Shown piece after piece: positions 16,617 to 27,061 of a stretch of 42,895 bases of DNA (position 1 is the stretch's first letter; each line of letters begins with the position of its first letter). Position numbers and translations under genes: made by a program. Below the pieces are notes generated by a model, which saw only the letters and a list, made by a program, of their open reading frames with translations, ran no database searches and had not been told where the DNA came from. The DNA is from an uncultured Marinoscillum sp. (GTDB lineage Bacteria; Bacteroidota; Bacteroidia; Cytophagales; MED-G16), in NCBI GenBank assembly GCA_964646945.1, contig CAZYIL010000003.1:1-42895 (forward strand), read 5' to 3'.

Positions 16617-19600
16617 ATGATAAACAACACTATGCAAAAATTTTTTTCTTTCTTTTCCTTTTTTCTTTTAATTGCTGTTTTAATCTACAATGAAAAAGAA
16701 AAAAACGTTAATATAGAATCTCAATATGCTGAACCAGATAAGTACGCTAGATTTTTTTATGAAATTTCTCATTTTGAGGGAGGACCAAATTATTATCCAG
16801 GATATAAGCAGGTAGAGCTTAATAAAATGCTGGATCGATTAAATGATACTCGCTTAAGTGCCAGTAACAAACAAGGAGATGGAGATATACCTTTTAGCTC
16901 TTCTGCTGCAGCTACTGCAACTTTTACGGAAAGGGGACCAAACGATGTGCCTGGAAGAACAAGAGGTGTAGTCGTTGATGCTGGTGACACATCAGGAAAC
17001 ACATGGTATGCTGCTGGTGTTGGTGGTGGATTATGGAAAGGAGTTTATAATTCAACAACTACAAATGTTTCTTGGACAAATATGACACCATTGACAATCC
17101 AAAATCTTGCCATTGTTACCTTAGCGCAATCTGCTAGCAATCCAAACATTATATATGCTGGGACAGGAGAATCTGCTTTAGGTGCTTCTACTGCCATTGA
17201 TGGTGATGGTATTTTTAAAATAGATGTCAGTGATGCAAGTAGTCCTGTATGGACAAATATCTCTCCTAAAGTTGGGGGCTTAATTGATCATCGATTTGGG
17301 AGTGTTAATAGAGTAATCGTAGATCCTTCCAATGCGGATATTATAGTTGCAAATACTTATTCTTTTTCATCTACTTACAAGACATATATATTCAAATCAA
17401 CTGATGGAGGATCAAATTGGACTGAAGTACATGAAGATAATGTTAGTGGAGATATACAACAAATTGTTGCAGCACCAACTGATTTTAACATACAATACGC
17501 TGGTTTTAAAAGAAACAAAGTTTTAAAATCGATAGACGCAGGATCTAACTGGAATGAAACTGCTGATTTTGGTATCCCTGAATACGGTCGTGTTGAATTA
17601 GTTGTATCTAATACGAATCCTAACAAAGTATATGCTGGAGTTAGAAATGGAAGTAGTGGGCCTTCTTATTTACTTAGAACAGTTAATGGAGGTAATTCAT
17701 GGTATCAGATACAAGAGAACGCTACTTTAGGGGATGTCAACCATAGCCCAGACTATTGGTTGAATCAACAAGGGTGGAGAGATAATACTCTTGGTGTAAA
17801 TCCTTATGATGATGATATTTTATATGGAGGAGGAGTATCTCTTTATAAATTTACAGTCTTAGCTGATAGCACGAAAATAACTGAAGCAATGGCATCTGGA
17901 CCACATGTTGATCATCAATTTATACAAGGAATAGAGGATGGAGGCGGTGTTAATTTTAGATTGTTGAATGCTAGTGATGGAGGTGTAGCGTATACTACTC
18001 AAGTAACTTCTAATCCGGGTATGAGTTTTGGTGATTGGAAAAGAGCTGATGATGGATTTAATACATCACAATTTTATGGGGCAGATAAGATAAAAGGAAG
18101 GCAACAATACATCGGTGGAATGCAAGATAATGGAACACAAATATCTTGGCCGAGTTCTGAAAATGCTAGCGCAACGACAGATTATGCTTTGGTAGTGGGT
18201 GGAGATGGTTTTGAAGTAATAGCTCATTGGAATAATCCTGATTCTATGATGGGGGGTTCTCAATATAATGGGTTAAGAAGAAGTCTTAATGGAGCATTGA
18301 CTTGGACTTCTATTTCATCGGGAATGAGTGGTAGTCCCATTGGTCCATTTTTAGTTCGATTATCTAGTCCATACCATGAACCGGACGTTGTATATGCAAT
18401 TCATGATACTGCTGGAGTTTGGAAATCTACTGATTTTGGTGCTACTTGGAATTTAAAAACTATTTCAGATGGAGGGTGGAAAGGGTATCGTAAAGATGTA
18501 GAAGTATCACTTGCTAATCCTCGTTTTGTTTGGGCTGGTTCTAGAATTGGTAATGAGGGTGGTAATTTATATCTTTCTAAAGATTGGGGAGAATCTTTTA
18601 GTCCTGTTTCAGATCCTATTCCAGACTATAATAACGTTAGCTCTTCAGGTATTTATTCACATCCTAATGAAGATTCTACTGCATATGTTCTTGTTTCTTT
18701 TTTTGGAAGAGCTAAAATTTTTGAAACGAAAGATTTAGGAACTTCTTGGACAGATATTTCTGGATTTCCAGCTAATTGGGAAAAAGGGGTCTCGAATAGA
18801 GGATTTCCTAATGTAAAGGTTTTTAGTCTTTGCGTCATGCCTTTTGATCCTAATGTAATATGGGCGGGAACAGATATTGGAATAGTAGAGACAACAGATC
18901 GAGGGGCTAGCTGGAATATTATTTCTTCCAACTTACCACATGTCAATATCTGGGATATGAAAGTTAAAGATCAAGGGGAAATTGTGATGGCAACTCACGG
19001 AAGAGGGATATGGACTGCTACAATTCCAGATCTTATTAATTCAGAGCCAAAAGAAAATTCAATTACAATAACTAGTAATGGTTCTCAAAACATTAATATT
19101 GAAGAAAATGGAGGAGTAGCCACTATAACAGCTACTGCTACAAGAGATGTAAATCCCGCATTTCCTGTAGTGGTTTCTTTAAGTGCTGGTGGTACAGCAT
19201 CCGCATCCGATTACACATTAAGTTCTAATAACATTACTATTGCTTCAGGGAAATCTGGTACAGCTACAGTTACCGCTTTGCATGACTTGGATGTTGAGCC
19301 TGTAGAAACTGTGGTGATAGATATTTCATCTGTAACCAATGGAAAAGAGGCAGGCACACAACAGGTAACTGTCTCAATCATGGATGGTGATAACACGGTT
19401 GCTGGGATAGAAGACCTTACATCAGGAAAAGAAATCAGCATTTATCCAAACCCTACTTCTGGAATCTTCACGATCAAGTTTAACGATACTTGGAAAGGAA
19501 ATGTAGATCTAAGGGTATTAGGTATTTTTGGTAGAGCGCAATATCAAAGAAATATTGATAACGCTTCTGGTCAGGTAGAACATGAAGTAGATATTTCGAA

Positions 19601-19676
19601 CAAAACTGATGGAATTTTCGTATTAGAATTAGTGCAGGGAGATAAGAGAGTAATTAGAAAAATTGTAAAACAATAG
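16617..19676 (+). CDS. T9SS-secreted BNR/Asp-box propeller protein with one Calx-beta-like domain (paralog 2)
   Basis: Same motif order as paralog 1. CTD IYPNPTSG...IRKIVKQ. Confidence 0.85.
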   Translation: MINNTMQKFFSFFSFFLLIAVLIYNEKEKNVNIESQYAEPDKYARFFYEISHFEGGPNYYPGYKQVELNKMLDRLNDTRLSASNKQGDGDIPFSSSAAATATFTERGPNDVPGRTRGVVVDAGDTSGNTWYAAGVGGGLWKGVYNSTTTNVSWTNMTPLTIQNLAIVTLAQSASNPNIIYAGTGESALGASTAIDGDGIFKIDVSDASSPVWTNISPKVGGLIDHRFGSVNRVIVDPSNADIIVANTYSFSSTYKTYIFKSTDGGSNWTEVHEDNVSGDIQQIVAAPTDFNIQYAGFKRNKVLKSIDAGSNWNETADFGIPEYGRVELVVSNTNPNKVYAGVRNGSSGPSYLLRTVNGGNSWYQIQENATLGDVNHSPDYWLNQQGWRDNTLGVNPYDDDILYGGGVSLYKFTVLADSTKITEAMASGPHVDHQFIQGIEDGGGVNFRLLNASDGGVAYTTQVTSNPGMSFGDWKRADDGFNTSQFYGADKIKGRQQYIGGMQDNGTQISWPSSENASATTDYALVVGGDGFEVIAHWNNPDSMMGGSQYNGLRRSLNGALTWTSISSGMSGSPIGPFLVRLSSPYHEPDVVYAIHDTAGVWKSTDFGATWNLKTISDGGWKGYRKDVEVSLANPRFVWAGSRIGNEGGNLYLSKDWGESFSPVSDPIPDYNNVSSSGIYSHPNEDSTAYVLVSFFGRAKIFETKDLGTSWTDISGFPANWEKGVSNRGFPNVKVFSLCVMPFDPNVIWAGTDIGIVETTDRGASWNIISSNLPHVNIWDMKVKDQGEIVMATHGRGIWTATIPDLINSEPKENSITITSNGSQNINIEENGGVATITATATRDVNPAFPVVVSLSAGGTASASDYTLSSNNITIASGKSGTATVTALHDLDVEPVETVVIDISSVTNGKEAGTQQVTVSIMDGDNTVAGIEDLTSGKEISIYPNPTSGIFTIKFNDTWKGNVDLRVLGIFGRAQYQRNIDNASGQVEHEVDISNKTDGIFVLELVQGDKRVIRKIVKQ

Positions 19677-19703
19677 TTTTTCAATAATAATTTTAAAAAT
19701 CCT

Positions 19704-19711
19704 TATCTTTG
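19704..19711 (+). promoter_or_regulatory. -7 promoter box for paralog 3
   Basis: TATCTTTG about 22 nt before ATG 19734. Confidence 0.55.
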
Positions 19712-19733
19712 TACCTTGAAAAATTTTCTTTAC

Positions 19734-22700
19734 ATGAACAAAAGACGATTTATATTTCTAATAAAAGGACTAATTCTTCCAATCATATTAATTTCTTTAT
19801 TTTTTTCCTATTACAATAATACTAATACAACTCAAGAATATGGGACTGAAAAATATCGTGGTCCTGCTGAATTTAAAAAATATTTTTCTGCAATAAAAAG
19901 AGGAGAAAATCCAGATTCTCCAATACAGTACAGATCAGGTTATAAGGAGTTAGAACTTAAAAAAATGCAAGAAAACATAAGTAAGCGTGCTTTTTTACGC
20001 TCTTCTACAAATCAAAAAGATGAAGATTCTCCAACTTTTGGAAGTTCTGCTGCAGCTACTGCAACTTTTACTGAAAGAGGACCTAATAATGTCCCTGGAA
20101 GAACAAGAGCTATAGTAGTAGATGCTGCTGATGCTTCTGGAAATACATGGTATGCTGGTGCAGTAGGGGGTGGAGTCTGGAAAACGACTAATTCTGGTGT
20201 TAATTGGACTTCTTTGTCAGAAGATATGGAAAATATTGCTATATCGAGTATTGCTCAATCTGCTAATAATCCTTCTATTTTATATGCTGGTACTGGTGAA
20301 AGTTGGGTTGGAAACATCGATGCTATTGATGGAAGTGGAATATTTAAATCAATAGATGGCGGTGCTAATTGGACAAATATTTCGAAAAAATCAGGAAGTA
20401 TAATTGACGAAAAGTTTTTTCAAGTTAGTAGGGTAGTAGCAGATCCTTCTAATGCTAATGTTGTAGTGATATCAACAATGTCATCAAGTGGAATAACATA
20501 TATTTTTAAATCAACCGACGGTGGATTAAATTGGATGGAAGCTAAACAGGGAATTAAGCCAATTCAACAGGTTGTGGCTTCTCCTAGTAGTTTTGATACT
20601 CTTTATGCAGCTGTTAATAGTTCTAATGTACTTAAATCAGTGGATGCAGGTTCTACTTGGACTGATGTAACGGGTTTTGGAAGTGCTACTGGTACCTATA
20701 CTAGAGTTGAAATTGCAGTAGCTCATAGTACAGCAAATATCGTATATGCAGCTATAGTAGGTAATAATATCTCTTTCCTATATGTCTCATTTGATGGAGG
20801 TATTTCTTGGACAGAGGCTAAAAATAATGATGGGTCAAAGGATGGTTGGTTAAATATACAAGGGTGGTATGATAATTGTATAACTGTAAACCCATACAAT
20901 GATAGTATAGTTTATGTAGGGGGAATAGATACTTATAAATTTACTTTAGATGGTAAAAATTGGAATCTTGGTTTAATGAACAAGGATGGAATTCATATTA
21001 CTGATGGTTATAATGATATTGATTCTTTAAATACAAATGTACATGTTGATCATCATTTTTTAGGAACTATTAAGGATGGAGGAGGAAAATTTAGAATTTT
21101 ACATGGAAATGATGGGGGTGTGGCAGTATCCAAATCTAGCATAAACCCTGGAGAAACCGATGGTGATTTTACACTAGCTGATTCTGGATATAATACATCT
21201 CAGGCTTATGGGGCGGATAAAGTAAAAGAAGCTCATCAGTATATTAGTGGTTTTCAAGATAATGGAACATGGCTTTCTCCAAAAGGTGAAAACGCTTCTT
21301 CATCTTCTGATTATACCTATAAGATAGGAGGTGATGGTTTTGAAGTGATTACCCATTGGAATAATTCAGATTCTATGATGGGAGGATACCAAAATAATGG
21401 GTTATGGAGATCTATGGACGGTGGAAATGTTTGGTATTTTGTAGCAACTAACGAAATGCGAAATAATGGTCCATTTATAACAAGAATATCTACATCATAT
21501 CAAGATCCGGATGTAGTATATGCTGTCAGTGGTTTAGGTGCTCATAAGTCAAAAAACTTTGGAGGTTCTTGGAAGACAGTTTCTATGGATTCAGGTTGGA
21601 GTTTTTGGTCTGGTTCAGATATTGAGGTTTCCCAAGCGAATCCTAGATTTGTTTGGGCTGGAGGAGAAATGAGTTCTGTTGGTAATATTTTTGTATCTAA
21701 AGATTGGGGTGAATCTTTCACTGCAGTACCTGATTTTGCAAATATTGGAAAAATTTCAGGTTTATATTCTCACCCTACTGAAGACTCAACAGCTTATATC
21801 CTTTTTTCTTCATTTGGAAGAGCTAAAATTATAGAAACAAAAGATTTGGGAGCCACTTGGACTGATATCTCTGGATTTCCTGCAAATAACGTTGCGGGTT
21901 TATCTTCAAATGGTTTTCCTAATGTTCCCGTATATAGTTTAGCTGTGATGCCTTTTGATAGTGATGTGATATGGGCAGGAACCGATATAGGTCTAGTAGA
22001 ATCCACAGATAGAGGAACAACTTGGAATCTTGTAAATAGCAATTTACCTTATGTGAGCATATGGGATATGAAAATTAAAGATCAAGGAGAAATTGTTTTA
22101 GCAACACATGGTAGGGGAGTTTGGACAGCTACTATTCCTGCTTTAACTTCTTTTGTTCCTAAGACAGTAATACTTCAACCAGAATTAGTTAGTTATAATC
22201 AACCCGGTTCTGAATTTAAAGTTGATATTAGAATTAAACTAAAATCCGTTTTTGATTCTATTCAATTTAAAACCGATAACACTTTACTACATACCTTTTA
22301 TGATGCTGATACCTTAGGAATGGATACAATTAATGTCACATTTTCAGCTGCAGGAACTTATCCTGTTATAGCGACAGGTTATAAAAATGGAATAGCATAT
22401 TCCTCAAATACTATGAATATTATTGTAGCTCTTACATTAGCTATTGCTGAGACATTTGGCACTGATTTTTCAGGATTAAGTGGTGATGAATTTACTTTGA
22501 ATGGATTTAAAATAGGTACAGTTGGCGGTTTTAGTACGGGAGAAATTTTACATTCCTATCCAAACCCTTATCAAAATGCTGGATCCGGTGGAGAAATTCA
22601 TTTAATAGCAACACTGAATTCTCCTTTAATAATATCTAACTATACTCCTTCTATTAAATTTAGAGAAGTAGCTATTGTTGAAATTGGAGAGCCTGGTTCA

Positions 22701-23279
22701 TATTATGGAAGTGCTGAATTTTGGGATTATGTTATTGTTGAAGCTTCAAAACATAAAGAAGATAATTGGAAAGCTCTTATTGATGGTTATGATTCAAATA
22801 CTCATTCTGATTGGTTAGTAGCTTATAACTCTGAAATATCAGCTACATCAACTATGTTAAAGTCAAGAGAGATTCAATTTACACCTAAATTTTCTGTTGG
22901 AGATACTGTAAAACTTAGATTTAGATTATTTTCTGATCCATTCACAGTAGGATGGGGATGGGCAATAGATGATTTGTATATACAAATGGATCCTCCTGTA
23001 GTTTCAGGTATTGAGGACCCTCAAGAAGATATAGGTATAAATATTTATCCTAATCCTTCAGATGGTATATTTAATGTGAAATTTAATAATGTATGGAAAG
23101 GAAATATAGATATTAAAGTTTTGGATATTTTTGGAAGAAATCAACATCAAAATATTCTTGATAATTCTTCTGGGAATGAAACACATAAAATAAATCTTTC
23201 AAATAATTCAAATGGACTTTACATTTTGGAATTGAACCAAGATGGTAAAAGGGTTGTCAAAAAGATTATCAAAAAATAA
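19734..23279 (+). CDS. T9SS-secreted BNR/Asp-box propeller protein with Ig-like and jelly-roll accessory domains (paralog 3)
   Basis: Same N-terminal family. C-terminal part differs (WDYVIVEAS...DGYDS...LRFRLFSDP...GWGWAIDDL). CTD IYPNPSDG...KKIIKK. ATG 19734 preferred over TTG 19716. Confidence 0.85.
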   Translation: MNKRRFIFLIKGLILPIILISLFFSYYNNTNTTQEYGTEKYRGPAEFKKYFSAIKRGENPDSPIQYRSGYKELELKKMQENISKRAFLRSSTNQKDEDSPTFGSSAAATATFTERGPNNVPGRTRAIVVDAADASGNTWYAGAVGGGVWKTTNSGVNWTSLSEDMENIAISSIAQSANNPSILYAGTGESWVGNIDAIDGSGIFKSIDGGANWTNISKKSGSIIDEKFFQVSRVVADPSNANVVVISTMSSSGITYIFKSTDGGLNWMEAKQGIKPIQQVVASPSSFDTLYAAVNSSNVLKSVDAGSTWTDVTGFGSATGTYTRVEIAVAHSTANIVYAAIVGNNISFLYVSFDGGISWTEAKNNDGSKDGWLNIQGWYDNCITVNPYNDSIVYVGGIDTYKFTLDGKNWNLGLMNKDGIHITDGYNDIDSLNTNVHVDHHFLGTIKDGGGKFRILHGNDGGVAVSKSSINPGETDGDFTLADSGYNTSQAYGADKVKEAHQYISGFQDNGTWLSPKGENASSSSDYTYKIGGDGFEVITHWNNSDSMMGGYQNNGLWRSMDGGNVWYFVATNEMRNNGPFITRISTSYQDPDVVYAVSGLGAHKSKNFGGSWKTVSMDSGWSFWSGSDIEVSQANPRFVWAGGEMSSVGNIFVSKDWGESFTAVPDFANIGKISGLYSHPTEDSTAYILFSSFGRAKIIETKDLGATWTDISGFPANNVAGLSSNGFPNVPVYSLAVMPFDSDVIWAGTDIGLVESTDRGTTWNLVNSNLPYVSIWDMKIKDQGEIVLATHGRGVWTATIPALTSFVPKTVILQPELVSYNQPGSEFKVDIRIKLKSVFDSIQFKTDNTLLHTFYDADTLGMDTINVTFSAAGTYPVIATGYKNGIAYSSNTMNIIVALTLAIAETFGTDFSGLSGDEFTLNGFKIGTVGGFSTGEILHSYPNPYQNAGSGGEIHLIATLNSPLIISNYTPSIKFREVAIVEIGEPGSYYGSAEFWDYVIVEASKHKEDNWKALIDGYDSNTHSDWLVAYNSEISATSTMLKSREIQFTPKFSVGDTVKLRFRLFSDPFTVGWGWAIDDLYIQMDPPVVSGIEDPQEDIGINIYPNPSDGIFNVKFNNVWKGNIDIKVLDIFGRNQHQNILDNSSGNETHKINLSNNSNGLYILELNQDGKRVVKKIIKK

Positions 23280-23314
23280 TTCATCTAATTATATTTAGGC
23301 TATAACTACCTTCT

Positions 23315-24070
23315 TTACTCATTAATTTTGATTTTTTTCTTGCTAACGTTTCTAAAAACAATGTTTAAATATTCAACTCCTAAAGTAAAAAATAAAGCAA
23401 AATAAATATATCCTTTTGGAATATTATAATGAGCTGCTTCGACAATTAAATTGAAACCAATTAATATTAAAAAGGATAAAGCTAGAATTTCAAGAGAAGG
23501 ATATCTTTCTATTATATTACTTATTTTTGCTGCATAAACAATCATTACTATTATTGAGATTACAACTGCAATTATCATAAGCAAAACGTTCTCAGTAAGT
23601 CCTATTGCCGTAAGTATTGAATCAACAGAAAAAATAAAATCTATGGCTACAATTTGCCAAACAACTGTATATAATGAAGTGACAGCCAATGATGAGGTTG
23701 CATTAGTATCAAAATTACTATCTATTTTGTGAGTTATTTCCATGGAACTTTTAAGAATAAGAAAGATTCCACCGACAGCTAGAATAATGTCTTTGAAGCT
23801 TACACTTATGTTAATTCCTAGATTAAATAAATTGTCTTGTTCAAAAAATGGTTCGGTTAAACCAATAAACCAGGTTAATCCCAATAACATAATTATTCTT
23901 AATATCATAGCGAGAAATAATCCTATGGTTCTTATTCTGTGTCTAAATTCCTTATCAACTTTATTAGTGACTATAGATATAAAAATTATATTATCTACAC
24001 CTAGTACAATTTCAAGAAAGGTTAAAGTAAGTAAAGCTATATAAGTTTCAAATTGAAAAAATATTTCCAT
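23315..24070 (-). CDS. terC: TerC-family integral membrane protein
   Basis: LTFLEIVLGVDNIIFISI, QIVAIDFIFSVDSILTAIGL, LALSFLILIG, IPKGYIYFA. Confidence 0.92.
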   Translation of the reverse strand: MEIFFQFETYIALLTLTFLEIVLGVDNIIFISIVTNKVDKEFRHRIRTIGLFLAMILRIIMLLGLTWFIGLTEPFFEQDNLFNLGINISVSFKDIILAVGGIFLILKSSMEITHKIDSNFDTNATSSLAVTSLYTVVWQIVAIDFIFSVDSILTAIGLTENVLLMIIAVVISIIVMIVYAAKISNIIERYPSLEILALSFLILIGFNLIVEAAHYNIPKGYIYFALFFTLGVEYLNIVFRNVSKKKIKINE

Positions 24071-24187
24071 AATTATTTACGATATATGGTCTATAAAAAT
24101 ATTAAATTTGACAAAAATTATTGATTTTATTATCCTATATTTCAGAATACGAATTTAGTTTTTTTAGTTTATTTAATGTTGTAATTG

Positions 24188-24877
24188 ATGAAAAAAATAA
24201 TAAACGTTTCAAATATTTCAAAATATTTTTATGTAGGTAAACAAGTGGTAAAAGCATTAAAGTCCATTACAATCTCTATAGATAAAAATGAATATGTATC
24301 ATTTATGGGACCATCAGGATCAGGGAAATCTACTTTAATGAATATTGTCGGATGTTTGGATTCACCTACTGCGGGAAACTATGTCCTAAATGGAAAAAAT
24401 GTTAGTTCAATGTCAGAGGATGAATTAGCTGATGTAAGAAATAATGAAATAGGATTTGTTTTTCAAACATTCAATTTATTACCTAGAGCATCTGCTCTTG
24501 ATAATGTTGCTTTACCGTTAGTATATGCTGGATATAAAGCTCCAATGAGGAGAAAAATGGCAATGAAAGCATTAGAAAATGTTGATCTTACTGATAGAGC
24601 TACTCATAAACCTAATGAACTTTCTGGAGGTCAAAGACAAAGGGTGGCTATTGCAAGAGCTTTAGTGAACAATCCTAGTATTATTTTAGCTGATGAACCA
24701 ACAGGTAATTTAGATAGTAAAACATCAGAGGGTATTATGAAATTATTTATGAAACTGCATAAAGAAGGGAATACAATTATTATGGTTACCCATGAGCCTA
24801 CTATTGCCACATATTCTAAAAGAATTATTCGATTAATGGATGGCAATATTGAATCTGATAAACAAAATCGTAAATAA
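24188..24877 (+). CDS. ABC transporter ATP-binding protein (LolD/MacB-like)
   Basis: [53 protein letters not shown]. Confidence 0.93.
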   Translation: MKKIINVSNISKYFYVGKQVVKALKSITISIDKNEYVSFMGPSGSGKSTLMNIVGCLDSPTAGNYVLNGKNVSSMSEDELADVRNNEIGFVFQTFNLLPRASALDNVALPLVYAGYKAPMRRKMAMKALENVDLTDRATHKPNELSGGQRQRVAIARALVNNPSIILADEPTGNLDSKTSEGIMKLFMKLHKEGNTIIMVTHEPTIATYSKRIIRLMDGNIESDKQNRK

Positions 24878-24881
24878 TACA

Positions 24882-25934
24882 ATGAAAATACATATTGATA
24901 AAATTTCGATTTCTAATTTACATAAACTTGATTTAGATAATATTAAATTTGGCACTCTTTATTCAGACCACATGTTTCAAGCAGATTTTTCAAATGGTTC
25001 ATGGAAAAACTTTACGATAACACCTTTTGATAATTTAGTTTTATCTCCAGCGTGCACAACTTTACATTATGGACAAACTATATTTGAAGGTTTAAAAGCT
25101 TATAAAAACAAAAACAATGAAATACTTGTTTTCAGAAGTAAGATGAATGCAAAAAGATTTAATATTAGTGCTAAAAGAATGTGCATGCCTACTATTCCAG
25201 AAGATTATTTTATTGAGGCTATTTCATCATTGCTAAAAATTGATCATCAATGGATTCCAAAAAAAGAAAACACATCTTTATATATAAGGCCATTACTTAT
25301 TGCTTTAGATCCTTTTATAGGCATTAGGCCCGCTGATAACTATAAATTTGTGATTATAACTTGTCCAGTGGGTGATTTTTATGCTAAACCACTAAATGTA
25401 AAAATTGAGACTAAGTATACTCGGGCTATTAAGGGAGGAGTTGGTTTTTCTAAAACGGCTGGAAATTATGCAGCTTCCTTATATCCAGCATCTGTTGCTC
25501 AAAAAGATGGGTATGATCAATTAATGTGGACTGATGGTAAAGAACATAAATACATTGAAGAATCAGGCACAATGAATCTTTTTTTTATCATAGATAATAC
25601 TTTATTAACAGCTCCTTTGGGAGACACGGTTTTAGATGGTGTAACTAGGGATAGTATACTTGCTATTGCTAAAGATTTAAATATAAAAACTGAAGTAAGA
25701 AAAATTACAGTAGATGAAATAATATATTCTGTAAAAAATAATTTATTACAAGAAGCATTTGGCGCTGGTACTGCTGTTACTATAGCACCTATTAAGACTA
25801 TAGGTTATAACAACAAAAATTATGTTTTACCAAAAATTAATTCAAACTCCTGTTCAAATAAGTTTTCAAAAAAACTTAATGAAATTAAATATGGATTAAT
25901 AGATGATAAACATAATTGGCTAACTAAAATTTAA
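24882..25934 (+). CDS. ilvE: Branched-chain amino acid aminotransferase
   Basis: LHYGQTIFEGLKAY, LYIRP, KTAGNYAAS, EESGTMN, LDGVTRDS, FGAGTA. ATG 24882 follows the upstream stop. Confidence 0.95.
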   Translation: MKIHIDKISISNLHKLDLDNIKFGTLYSDHMFQADFSNGSWKNFTITPFDNLVLSPACTTLHYGQTIFEGLKAYKNKNNEILVFRSKMNAKRFNISAKRMCMPTIPEDYFIEAISSLLKIDHQWIPKKENTSLYIRPLLIALDPFIGIRPADNYKFVIITCPVGDFYAKPLNVKIETKYTRAIKGGVGFSKTAGNYAASLYPASVAQKDGYDQLMWTDGKEHKYIEESGTMNLFFIIDNTLLTAPLGDTVLDGVTRDSILAIAKDLNIKTEVRKITVDEIIYSVKNNLLQEAFGAGTAVTIAPIKTIGYNNKNYVLPKINSNSCSNKFSKKLNEIKYGLIDDKHNWLTKI

Positions 25935-25936
25935 TA

Positions 25937-27020
25937 ATGAATTCAGATCAATTAAAAGATTTAAAGGTAAGAGTAGATGCCTTAAGGAGGTATCTTTGAC
26001 TATGATAATAGACTAAATACTATCAAAGAAAGCGAATCCTTAACTGCAGAAACAGATTTTTGGAAAGACAAAAGAAAAGCTGAAGAAATCCTTAAGGGGA
26101 TAAATAAAAATAAAGTTTGGACTGATGCTTTTTCTGAAGTTAAAAATATTTTTGACGATTTATCTACACTCTATGAATTTTTTTTAACGAAAGAAGTTGA
26201 TGAAGATGAAATTGAAAAGGAATATAATAAATTAATTAAAAAGCTAGAATCTGTAGAATTTCAAAAAATGTTATCTTCAGAAGAAGATCAGTTGAATGCA
26301 ATACTTGAAATAAATCCTGGTGCTGGAGGAACAGAAAGTCAAGACTGGGCTGAAATATTAATGAGGATGTATGTTATGTGGGCGGAATCTCATAAATTTA
26401 GAGTTAAAGAAATTAATATTCAGCAAGGAGATACTGCTGGATTAAAATCAGCTATAATTGGTATAGAGGGAGCTTTTGCTTATGGTTACTTGAAATCAGA
26501 AATCGGAGTTCATAGATTGGTTAGAATATCACCTTTTGATTCTGGGGCAAGAAGACATACTTCATTTGCTTCTGTCTTTGCTTATCCAGAAGTTGATGAA
26601 ACAATTCATGTAGAAGTTAACTCTTCTGATATTGAATGGCAAACTTATAGATCGAGTGGTGCAGGAGGTCAAAGTGTTAATAAAATTGAATCTGCTGTAA
26701 GATTAAAGCATGTTCTTTCAGGTATAATTGTTGAATGTCAACAAGAAAGAAGTCAATTACAAAACAAAGAAAAAGCTATGAATATGTTAAAATCTAAGTT
26801 ATATCAACTAGAAATTGAAAAGAAAAATAAATCAAGAGAAGATGTGGAAAATACAAAATTAGAAATAGATTTTGGATCTCAAATTAGGAATTATGTTCTT
26901 CATCCATATAAATTGATAAAAGATGTAAGAACTAATGTTGAAAGAAATGATGTTTCTAATGTTTTAGATGGAGACATTGATGATTTTATTAAAGCGTTTC
27001 TATTGGAAAAAGAAAATTAA
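25937..27020 (+). CDS. prfB: Peptide chain release factor 2, expressed by +1 programmed frameshift
   Basis: 20-codon first ORF (MNSDQLKDLKVRVDALRRYL) ends at CTT TGA C. The +1 frame (GAC TAT GAT...) is continuous with ORF 26268-27020, which has GAGGTESQDW, SPF and GAGGQ. Confidence 0.96.
25985..26000 (+). promoter_or_regulatory. prfB frameshift cassette (AGGAGG-TAT-CTT-TGA-C)
   Basis: Internal SD-like AGGAGG lies 3 nt before the slippery CTT TGA C. Confidence 0.95.
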
Positions 27021-27061
27021 ATTTATAAAATTACAGTTCTAATTTCACTTATTAATTTCAC

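Noticed and set aside
13351-22042. Many 60-100-aa alternative-frame and antisense ORFs within the T9SS genes
   Set aside because: They are fully nested in long, motif-rich ORFs and have no independent features.
13133-23279. Mobile element or diversity-generating retroelement behind the paralog array
   Set aside because: No integrase, transposase or reverse transcriptase, no flanking direct repeats, and no adenine-specific template/variable repeat pair is visible.
25937-26267. prfB as a pseudogene or sequencing error
   Set aside because: The in-frame TGA sits in the canonical programmed frameshift cassette.
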